Origin: Candidatus Desulfaltia bathyphila
GTDB lineage: Bacteria > Desulfobacterota > Desulfobacteria > Desulfobacterales > ETH-SRB1
Reading direction: 5' to 3'
Length of the DNA stretch: 64,000 bases
Assembly: GCA_014381545.1 (NCBI GenBank)
Contig: JACNLL010000035.1
Span: forward strand, 1,741-65,740
Positions 56,013 to 64,000 of the stretch are shown here, in pieces. Below the pieces are notes generated by a model, which was not told where the DNA came from, did not search any database, and worked only from the letters and a program-made list of their open reading frames with translations. Each line of letters starts with the position of its first letter. Position 1 is the stretch's first letter. The position numbers and the translations under genes are program-made.

Positions 56013-56064
56013 TTATTCCTTTTCTTCACGGAGCACACAGAGACCATAGAGAAAACCCTTTAAA

Positions 56065-56096
56065 CCACTCGACCACTCGACTACTTGACTACTGCA
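56065..56096 (-). repeat. Octanucleotide tandem array (TAGTCGAG family, read on the minus strand), 4 units
   Basis: The plus strand reads CCACTCGA CCACTCGA CTACTTGA CTACTGCA. The array directly abuts the glnA stop and belongs to the same unit family as 29317-29356. Confidence 0.85.
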
Positions 56097-57407
56097 TCAG
56101 ATGCTCAGATACTTTTCCAGCTCTCTATGGGTAACATGTATTCTATGGTCTTCCCAGTCATCTATTTTTAAAGACATATAGTTATGGTAAATCCGCTCGC
56201 CAAGCAGTTCCTTTAAGAACTTGCTTCTTTCAGCCTCAACCAGAGCTTCAAACAAGCTTTTGGGCAGGAACCGCTTATCAGCTACGCGGGCATGAAAATG
56301 CTTGTCATACGCGCTTCGGATATCCGGCTGGCCGCATTGCAGCTCTTCTTCTATACCTTTAAGCCCCATGGCAATAAAGGCCGCAAACTGCAAATATACA
56401 TTGCCTGCCGGGTCGGGATTTCTCAGTTCAATTCTCGTGTTTTCCGGTTTGCCGGCATAGGGCACCCTGACCATTGAGCTTCTATTTCTAAAACCCCAGC
56501 CTCTGATAATCGGGGCTTCCCTCTCCATCACATATGCCTTGTATGAATTGAAATTTGAGGCCATGACAATTGATGTTTCCCTTGCATATTTCAAAATGCC
56601 TCCGATAAAATGTTTGGCAATAGAACTTAGATTATGATCTGCCCCTTCTTCATAAAACAGGTTTTCCCCGTCCTGATTCTGCATGGAAAGGTGAATATGA
56701 AAGGCATTTCTATTATATCCATCAAAAGGCTTGGGCATGAAGGTTGCGTAATAGCCAAACTCTGCGGCAGCTTTCTGCGTAACATAATTAAAAAGCACTG
56801 TACGGTCTGCTCCCCTCAAGGGCTCTATAGCCTCCAGATTGATTTCGTGCTGGGAAGGGGTTACTTCATGATGGGCCTTTTCAAACTTTATTCCGCACTC
56901 TTTAAGTATTTTGATAATTCTGTTTCTTACGAGCTCACCCTTGTCATGCGGTGTGGATTGAAAATAACCGGCATTGTCGGAATGTTCCTTTTCACCAAAT
57001 TCATCGCCTGTGAGCAAAAAGAACTCATGCTCAGGCCCAACCATAAACCTGTGTCCATGTTCCGATTCTGCTTTGCTTAAAACTTTTTCCAGCACAGCTC
57101 TGGGATCAGCTTTGGCCCGCATTCCCCATTCATTATAAATATGGCCGATAAAAAAACCGAGTGTTTCATCAGAAAATTTTATAACACGAAAACTCTCCGG
57201 ATCAGGCAGGAGAAGCCGGTCGCTGTTTTCAACCGTGGCATATCCGGCAATAGAGCTTCCGTCAAAACCGATTCCATTTTTAATCAGCATCTCGATATTT
57301 TCCGGATTTACCGGCAGGCTCATGATCCTTCCGTTAAGATCGGTAAATAGAATCTTTGTGGATTCCATATCTTTTAGTTTTTCTTTAATCTCTTTAATAT
57401 TGGCCAT
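56097..57407 (-). CDS. glnA: Glutamine synthetase family protein (type I-like)
   Basis: GFDGSSI, GPEHEFFL, HHEV..SQHEI and NAFHIHLS motifs. The start is taken at MANIKEIKEK (AGAGG 8 nt upstream) rather than the ORF opening at 57482. Confidence 0.9.
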   Translation of the reverse strand: MANIKEIKEKLKDMESTKILFTDLNGRIMSLPVNPENIEMLIKNGIGFDGSSIAGYATVENSDRLLLPDPESFRVIKFSDETLGFFIGHIYNEWGMRAKADPRAVLEKVLSKAESEHGHRFMVGPEHEFFLLTGDEFGEKEHSDNAGYFQSTPHDKGELVRNRIIKILKECGIKFEKAHHEVTPSQHEINLEAIEPLRGADRTVLFNYVTQKAAAEFGYYATFMPKPFDGYNRNAFHIHLSMQNQDGENLFYEEGADHNLSSIAKHFIGGILKYARETSIVMASNFNSYKAYVMEREAPIIRGWGFRNRSSMVRVPYAGKPENTRIELRNPDPAGNVYLQFAAFIAMGLKGIEEELQCGQPDIRSAYDKHFHARVADKRFLPKSLFEALVEAERSKFLKELLGERIYHNYMSLKIDDWEDHRIHVTHRELEKYLSI

Positions 57408-57598
57408 GATTTTAACCTCTTTAATTTTTATCGCCAACGCACAATAAATATTGCTATATATTGACTGTAAGCGCAATATCAAGTGTAATTATAAAATGCA
57501 ATATTATTTCTTAGCCTGAGAAGTAGCGCCGAAAAAATATGATGGATTTTTCTGTTTCAAAATAGTAAATATCAATTTTATCCTGCGAAGTAACTGCC

Positions 57599-60280
57599 AT
57601 GAATAAAGAAAAGACATTATACCTGATAGACGGGAGCGCATATATATATCGCGCTTATCATGCAATCCAAAGCCTTACAAACTCGAAGGGCTTGCCCACA
57701 AACGCTGCTTTTGGATTTACCAGGACCCTTTTAAAGCTTATTGAAGAACGAGCTCCTGAATATCTGGCAATGTTCTTTGATGCAAAGGGGCCCACTTTCA
57801 GGCATAAGATATATAAAGAATACAAGGCTAATCGCCCCCCCATGCCGGATGACCTGTCAATTCAGATTCCATATATAAAGGATATAACAAAGGGATTCAA
57901 TATGCCGGTTATCGAGATGCCCGGATATGAAGCAGACGATCTCATCGGCACCCTTTCGACAGTTGCCGAAAAAGCCGGATTCCATGTGGTCATGGTTACA
58001 GGGGACAAGGATTTCATGCAGCTTGTGACCGATAAAATCACTATCTGGGATCCCATGAAAGATAAGATAATAGATGCGGAGGCCATACAGAAAACCTTTG
58101 GAGTGGAGCCGCTGCAGATAATTGATATAATGGGCCTGACCGGCGATACAGCGGATAATATTCCGGGCGTGCCGGGTGTCGGCCCCAAAACCGCTATTAA
58201 TCTGATTAAAACATATCAAAGCATGGAGCTTTTATATGAACGGATTGATACTGTAAAAAAGAAAAAGCTGCATGAAAATCTTGTCAAATACAAAGACCAG
58301 GCCTTTTTGAGCAGAGAGCTTGTCACAATTAATACAAGCCTGCCTTTATCATTTAATCCGGAAGAGTTGAAAGCTAAAACTCCTGATAATAATATTCTTT
58401 CCAGGCTGTTTAAAGACCTTGAATTCAGGCAATTGCAGCAGGCCTTTCCTCGAAAGAGCGATCTTTCCAAGAAAAATTACAAGACAGTTTTCAGCATTGA
58501 CGAGATTTCCGATCTTGTCAATAATCTTGAAAGGGCAGGGCTGTTTGCCCTTGATACCGAGACCACCTCTGTAAATCCCATGCAGGCTAAGCTTGTGGGG
58601 TTGTCATTTTCAAGCAGGCCTGATCAAGCATTTTACATCCCCTGCGGCCATGATTATCCGGGCGTCCCGGATCAACCCGGTCTTGATGAGGTTTTAAACT
58701 TGTTGAAGCCGGTTCTTGAAAACCCGGATATCAAGAAGATCGGCCAGAACATCAAATATGACTGGATAGTTCTTGCGCGTCATGGGATTAATCTCTCAGG
58801 CATTGTATTCGATACAATGCTTGCCTCATATCTTCTCAATCCTTCAAAACGCGCACATAATCTCGACCAGATAGCTCTTGATTTTCTTGATCACAGGACA
58901 ATTACATATTCGGAGGTTACGGGCGGCAAAGGCAAAAAAGGCTTATGTTTTTCTCATGTCCTGATAGAAAAGGCCGGTCCATATGCATGCGAAGATGCTG
59001 ATATTACACTTATGGCTTACGATGCATTGAAACCCATGCTCAAAGAGGCGCGTCTTGAAGAGCTTTTTGAAAAGGTTGAAATGCCTCTTGTGCCTGTTTT
59101 GATGAAGATGGAAATGACAGGCATATGTATAGACAGAGAAAAGCTCAGATCTCTTTCAAAATCGTTTGAACACCAGCTTGAAGGGCTTGAAGGCAGAATT
59201 TTTGCCATTGCTGGAGAAGAGTTCAATATAAACTCATCACAGCAGCTTGGCCGGATTCTTTTTGAAAAGCTCGATCTGCCGGTGCAGAAAAAAACTAAAA
59301 AGAAAACAGGCTATTCAACAGATGTCGATGTGTTAACGACCCTTGCCGCACAGCATGAACTTCCGGCCATTATTTTAAGATACCGCAGTCTGTCCAAGCT
59401 AAAATCAACATATACCGATGCTCTGCTTGAACTCATTCACCCGGAGACAGGCCGTATCCATACCTCATTTAATCAAACCGTTACAGCCACAGGCCGTCTA
59501 AGCAGCTCTGATCCGAATCTTCAAAACATTCCTGTGCGCACCGATGACGGCAGGGAAATCCGCAAAGCATTCATCCCTAAAAAAGGATGGTCGATTCTTT
59601 CAGCCGATTATTCGCAGATAGAGCTGCGCATTCTGGCACATTATTCAAATGATCAAATACTGATAAAGGCTTTTCAGGATGACGAGGATATTCATACCCG
59701 CACGGCGGCCGAAGTGTTTCAGGTTTTTCCTTCTTTTATCACTCCTGAGTTAAGGCAGCAGGCAAAGGTTATAAACTTCGGCATTGTGTACGGAATGAGT
59801 GCTTATGGTTTATCGAAAGAGCTTGGCATAAGCCGGAAGATGGCAACAACCTATATAGAAAACTATTTTGCAAGATACAAAGGGGTTAAAGAATTTATTG
59901 ACAGGACAATAGAAGATGCAAAACAAACAAAGAAAACATCTACTCTGCTCGGCCGTATCCGTCTTCTGCCTGATATCAACAGCTCCAATAGAAACGTGCG
60001 CGAATTTGCCGAACGCACGGCCATTAACACCCCCATCCAGGGATCTGCCGCAGACCTTATAAAGGTGGCGATGATAAATGTTGATATGGCCTTAAAGGGT
60101 AAAGGGCTTAAAACCGCAATGCTTTTATCAGTGCATGATGAGATCGTTTTTGAATCGCCTCCCGATGAAATCGATTTGGTTCAGGAACTTGTCAAAAATA
60201 TCATGGAAGGGGTTTGGGACCTCAAGGTGCCACTGAAGGTTAATGTCGCATGCGGTGTTAACTGGGCCGAAGCACATTAA
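57599..60280 (+). CDS. polA: DNA polymerase I
   Basis: 893 aa. 5'-nuclease N-terminus (LIDGSAYIYRAYHA), 3'-5' exo region (ALDTETTS), and pol motifs DYSQIELRILAH and QVHDEI-like (SVHDEIVFE). Confidence 0.95.
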   Translation: MNKEKTLYLIDGSAYIYRAYHAIQSLTNSKGLPTNAAFGFTRTLLKLIEERAPEYLAMFFDAKGPTFRHKIYKEYKANRPPMPDDLSIQIPYIKDITKGFNMPVIEMPGYEADDLIGTLSTVAEKAGFHVVMVTGDKDFMQLVTDKITIWDPMKDKIIDAEAIQKTFGVEPLQIIDIMGLTGDTADNIPGVPGVGPKTAINLIKTYQSMELLYERIDTVKKKKLHENLVKYKDQAFLSRELVTINTSLPLSFNPEELKAKTPDNNILSRLFKDLEFRQLQQAFPRKSDLSKKNYKTVFSIDEISDLVNNLERAGLFALDTETTSVNPMQAKLVGLSFSSRPDQAFYIPCGHDYPGVPDQPGLDEVLNLLKPVLENPDIKKIGQNIKYDWIVLARHGINLSGIVFDTMLASYLLNPSKRAHNLDQIALDFLDHRTITYSEVTGGKGKKGLCFSHVLIEKAGPYACEDADITLMAYDALKPMLKEARLEELFEKVEMPLVPVLMKMEMTGICIDREKLRSLSKSFEHQLEGLEGRIFAIAGEEFNINSSQQLGRILFEKLDLPVQKKTKKKTGYSTDVDVLTTLAAQHELPAIILRYRSLSKLKSTYTDALLELIHPETGRIHTSFNQTVTATGRLSSSDPNLQNIPVRTDDGREIRKAFIPKKGWSILSADYSQIELRILAHYSNDQILIKAFQDDEDIHTRTAAEVFQVFPSFITPELRQQAKVINFGIVYGMSAYGLSKELGISRKMATTYIENYFARYKGVKEFIDRTIEDAKQTKKTSTLLGRIRLLPDINSSNRNVREFAERTAINTPIQGSAADLIKVAMINVDMALKGKGLKTAMLLSVHDEIVFESPPDEIDLVQELVKNIMEGVWDLKVPLKVNVACGVNWAEAH

Positions 60281-60295
60281 CCCGGAGTATATATA

Positions 60296-63200
60296 ATGTC
60301 GATTCAGCTATATTTCAGCAATCGTTTGGATAAACTGGCAGAGCAATTTGCTTTAATGGTTGACCTGGAGAACAGGCGCAAAGAAAATGTATTTAAAGCC
60401 CCGCTTGTAATTGCTCCCAATGCCAATCTTATCAAATGGCTGCAGCTTGTCCTGGCAAAGAAACGGTTTATATGCATGAATATGGATTTTCAATTTTTAG
60501 AGACCGGCTTGTGGTCTTTGTTAGCAAATCTGGACACTGAAAAATTAAACCCAAAGCTGCTTGATAATGACTGTTTGCAGATGCTGCTGCTTTATGCTTT
60601 GCAAAACCTCGATGAAAATAGAATTCAATTTGAACCGATAAATCATTACCTCCTCAATCCTGACAACATTAAAAGACCGGATTATACCGTAAGGCTCTGG
60701 CAGCTTTCAGAAAAATTTGCCCGACTGTTTCAAGAATATGAATTCAATCGCTGGGACATGATTCAGAAATGGCGTCAAAACAAAGTCCTTCCAAAAGGCA
60801 TGGAGCTGTGTCAGCAAAAGCTGTATTTGCTGACAAATAAATTGCGGGACAAACTTTTCAATAAAAGCAACTCTTTCTATCTTTCAATGATGGAATACGC
60901 AGACAGGCTTCTTGCAGGGAAAAGCGAAAAAAAGAAAATTGCCGTTAATGGAAATAATTTTGTGCATTTTTTCGGCTTGTCCCAGATTTCCCCTTTTCAT
61001 TTGCAACTTATCGGGCGATTGAAAGATTATTATGAAATCTTCATATATGCCTTTAATCCATCCCGTGAGTTCTGGGAAGATATTAAAACCCCTCAAGAAA
61101 AAAGATGGATTTTAAGAAAAAATCTAACAAAATTAGCTATAAAATCGGAAGAAAAAGATCAGGGAGAACTTTTTGTTCAGGATGATAATGAGCTTTTATC
61201 CTTATGGGGCAAGCCGGGAAGGGAAAGTATTCGCCTTTTGTGTGAACTGACAGATTATGATTTTCATGCCTGCTTTGCAAAAGAAAAAACCCCGGCAACG
61301 GTGCTGCAGAGAATCCAGAGCGATATCCTGACCCTTCCCTCTAAAAAAGCCGGGCCAAAACAGGACAGGTCTTTGCAAATTGTCGCCTGCCCCGGCATAT
61401 ATAGAGAAGTTGAAACAGTATATAACAGCATCTTATATAACCTTGAGCAGGATAACGGTTTGCAGTTAACCGATATCGCGATCCTTGTGCCGGACATATC
61501 AAAATATAAATTTGTTTTTGACTCTGTTTTTAATCGATCTCCAAAATCACTCTCATATAATCTTGTTGATTCACACGCTGAGATAGAAAGCATATTTGGC
61601 CGCGGGGTTTTGTCGATCTTTGATTTTGCCACAGGAAGATTTTCACGCAGGGAGGTTTTTGATCTGATTTTAAATCCCTGTTTCATGAGCAAATGGAAGA
61701 TAGGATTTGAGGAAATAAGAGCATGGGCATACTGGGCTCAAGAATTAAACATATTTCATGACTTTGATCAAAGGTCAAAAAAGGAAAAAGGTTATTGTGA
61801 AAGCCCTTATTACACCTGGAAACAGGGGCTTCAGAGACTGCGCCTGTCAAGAATTATGTCAAATCCTGTGGAATCGAAAAAAGCTGTTTCAGGCAGCTTT
61901 AAACATTTTCAGGACATTGTTCCATATTTTGATTTAAACACAGGCGATGTTCATCTAATGGAAAAATTCTGCATTGTAATTGAGAAGCTGAATAATGTTG
62001 CAATTTATTTAAATGATGTCCCGCTATCAGGGAAGGAGTGGAATGGCCGGTTTTTAGAAGCCTGTGATGAGCTGCTGGATATACCTTCGGACTTTGCAGG
62101 AGAAACAGAGGTTAAACATTCTCTTATTAATGCGCTTGACAACCTGCAATTTTATGACGCTATTAGTGAAGATGATGAAGACTCAAAGCTTGATATAGAG
62201 ATGATTAAAGAATTTATTAAATCCAGGTTAAGCTCAATATCAGGAGGTTATGGCGATTATTTAACCGGCGGGGTCACAATCTCCGCACTGCAGCCGATGC
62301 GGCCCATACCATTTAAGATTGTTTATGTATTGGGGATGGAAGAAGGCTCATTCCCCGGGAAAGCGGAAAGTTCATCCTTGGATCTCAGGCTGCTTAAAAG
62401 GCGGATAGGCGATATCAGCCAGCCGGAACGCAATTGTTATATTTTTCTTGAAATGCTGCTTTCTACACGTGACAAGCTATATATCAGCTATATTTCAAAG
62501 GATCTGCAAAAAGACCGCATCCTTCAGCCATGCTCGGTGGTCAATCAGTTACGCAGGTATATTGAGGGGGAAATTTTGCCGGCCGGGCAGTTGTTGCAGA
62601 CAGCAGAGATTCCTTTAAAGGGCAGCAGCAATAGATATCTTGACAAAGACAGTGTAAACGAATGCTTTGATGTTATGGTGAACTATTCAATGGCCGACAG
62701 GCTAACATATTACAGGGAAAATAAGTTATGGCGGCATGTTAAGGAAAAAGCTTTAAAAAATGACTTAAACAATGCTGCGGCATTTTATCCTGACCTTAAA
62801 CATGAGATCGAGGCTGTTGAAGACGAAGACATAATCGCTGAAAAAATTACTTTAAAACAGTTGAAAAAGTTTCTGGAAGATCCTGTTTCACAGAGCATAA
62901 AACATAATTTGGGTATATATGATGAGAAAGAGAGTGTTGAAGAAATCGTTCTCAGCGAAGACGAGCCCTTTTATTCCGATTTTCCGATAGATTACAGGTT
63001 AAAAATGGAGCCGTTAAAACAATGGCTCGATTCTTTTTTTTCTTCCAAAGGGAATAATGCCGACGCAAAAGAGATAGAAGAGATTTATAACTTAGCCTAT
63101 AATAACTTCCTCAGACAAAGTAAAACACCGGAAGGCTTATTTGCCGCATTGGACAAAAATGAATTAAAAGACGAAGTTCTAAAAAAAGCCGAAACAATTT

Positions 63201-63928
63201 CATCTGTGCTTAAAGGAATAAGGTCAAGCAATGCTTTATACCGGGCGTTTTATATTGGAGAGCCGGAAGATGACTATTCCCTTCGCATAAGCCAGGGTGT
63301 TGTAAAATATTTTAGCCCGTTAACCCTTACCGTTAAAGCTACAAACAGCAGATCTGAAGATATTCAGCGCAAAGTTGAGCTTCACGGCCAGCTTCCCTGG
63401 GTCTGGAAAGAAAATGGGGACGAGTGGCATGCGCTGGTGTTAAGCGGTTCATATAACAAGCCTGGCAAGAAGCCGGACAAATATATACTGGAACCGGTTT
63501 TGTTTTATGTATTTTCCCTTTGCGGCGTTGAAAGCTCAAAATGGATCGGCAACAGGGGCATTACCTTTCATATTGTATATAATGAACAGGTCAGATCCGT
63601 TAAATACAGTATCGATAAAAAGCTTGCTTTAGATTACCTGGCAGATCTTCTTTCAGATTATCTCAGCCAGAAAGAGCTTCAATGGATGCCGTTTAAAGAT
63701 GCAACTTCAGGGGATGTAAAGCCTCATGAAATTGCAGAAAATAAAATTACTGAAGATATTAAGACATATTTTCAAATTCAGCTTGCAGAGGCACTTTCAA
63801 AGGATGACGCTGATCTAATTAAACTTGCGAAACCAGAAATTCCATCAAATGCTTTTGACAAGGCAAGGCAGCGTTTTAAAATTTTCTTCAACCATATTAA
63901 CGGGAACGAGGGAAAAGCATATTCCTGA
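60296..63928 (+). CDS. recC: Exodeoxyribonuclease V gamma subunit (RecC)
   Basis: 1210 aa. It is collinear with E. coli RecC landmarks: N-terminal YFSNRLDKL, WGKPGRE, IQSDIL, and LQPMRPIPFKIVYVLGMEEGSFP...ERNCYIFLEMLLSTRDKLYISYI. Confidence 0.85.
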   Translation: MSIQLYFSNRLDKLAEQFALMVDLENRRKENVFKAPLVIAPNANLIKWLQLVLAKKRFICMNMDFQFLETGLWSLLANLDTEKLNPKLLDNDCLQMLLLYALQNLDENRIQFEPINHYLLNPDNIKRPDYTVRLWQLSEKFARLFQEYEFNRWDMIQKWRQNKVLPKGMELCQQKLYLLTNKLRDKLFNKSNSFYLSMMEYADRLLAGKSEKKKIAVNGNNFVHFFGLSQISPFHLQLIGRLKDYYEIFIYAFNPSREFWEDIKTPQEKRWILRKNLTKLAIKSEEKDQGELFVQDDNELLSLWGKPGRESIRLLCELTDYDFHACFAKEKTPATVLQRIQSDILTLPSKKAGPKQDRSLQIVACPGIYREVETVYNSILYNLEQDNGLQLTDIAILVPDISKYKFVFDSVFNRSPKSLSYNLVDSHAEIESIFGRGVLSIFDFATGRFSRREVFDLILNPCFMSKWKIGFEEIRAWAYWAQELNIFHDFDQRSKKEKGYCESPYYTWKQGLQRLRLSRIMSNPVESKKAVSGSFKHFQDIVPYFDLNTGDVHLMEKFCIVIEKLNNVAIYLNDVPLSGKEWNGRFLEACDELLDIPSDFAGETEVKHSLINALDNLQFYDAISEDDEDSKLDIEMIKEFIKSRLSSISGGYGDYLTGGVTISALQPMRPIPFKIVYVLGMEEGSFPGKAESSSLDLRLLKRRIGDISQPERNCYIFLEMLLSTRDKLYISYISKDLQKDRILQPCSVVNQLRRYIEGEILPAGQLLQTAEIPLKGSSNRYLDKDSVNECFDVMVNYSMADRLTYYRENKLWRHVKEKALKNDLNNAAAFYPDLKHEIEAVEDEDIIAEKITLKQLKKFLEDPVSQSIKHNLGIYDEKESVEEIVLSEDEPFYSDFPIDYRLKMEPLKQWLDSFFSSKGNNADAKEIEEIYNLAYNNFLRQSKTPEGLFAALDKNELKDEVLKKAETISSVLKGIRSSNALYRAFYIGEPEDDYSLRISQGVVKYFSPLTLTVKATNSRSEDIQRKVELHGQLPWVWKENGDEWHALVLSGSYNKPGKKPDKYILEPVLFYVFSLCGVESSKWIGNRGITFHIVYNEQVRSVKYSIDKKLALDYLADLLSDYLSQKELQWMPFKDATSGDVKPHEIAENKITEDIKTYFQIQLAEALSKDDADLIKLAKPEIPSNAFDKARQRFKIFFNHINGNEGKAYS

Positions 63929-64000
63929 CCCTAACAAAAAACCACCGATTTCCGAAAACTCAAGTATTTAATTACCATGTGAGCGAGGTTGTTCTTGAAA

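Noticed and set aside
63929-64000. A possible recB start (GTGAGCGAGG...) after recC.
   Set aside because: Only ~25 nt of reading frame remain in the window, which cannot support a call.

Overview
This is a 64-kb chromosomal segment from an AT-rich diderm bacterium. Gene content and repeat families suggest a Desulfobacterota-like anaerobe, but that is inference only.

Layout, left to right:
- 0-15.3 kb, housekeeping genes: scpB' (partial), scpA, trpS, an M50 protease, a DHH-CBS-CCA/polyA-polymerase fusion, a radical SAM gene, pilC, lysS, lolCE/lolD, bamA and skp.
- 15.6-35.9 kb, plus strand, a near-complete lipid A / LPS inner-core cluster: lpxD-fabZ-lpxA-lpxI, a Gfo/Idh/MocA oxidoreductase, lpxB, DUF374, msbA, lptF, lptG, waaA, lpxK, GT2, lpxL-like, waaF, waaC, GT2 and a third GT9.
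- 35.8-43.2 kb, a variable outer-core/O-antigen-type block, mostly minus strand: CgeB-like, possible GT-D, GT2, FkbM methyltransferase, GT4, an O-antigen ligase and a plus-strand GT2.
- 43.2-50.4 kb, a recombination-scarred islet. It holds two MNT/HEPN pairs, a toxin-first RelE/XRE pair, two COG1373-type AAA ATPases and several gene fragments. It is punctuated by 3-4 diverged copies of the last ~40-55 bp of galE.
- 50.4-64 kb: intact galE, an HD / mobB / B12-radical-SAM / KamA-family operon, a type I glutamine synthetase, polA and recC.

I recognised no rRNA, tRNA, CRISPR array, transposase or integrase.

The most unusual content is non-coding:
- A 3-copy ~300-bp MITE-like element whose same end always abuts a gene start.
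- 7-8-nt tandem arrays placed in sense orientation directly after ten stop codons, some forming long hairpins with a conserved loop.
- Nested palindromic REP families, one apparently inserted in frame inside lpxK.

All identities are judged by eye. Start codons are best guesses. No database search was possible.
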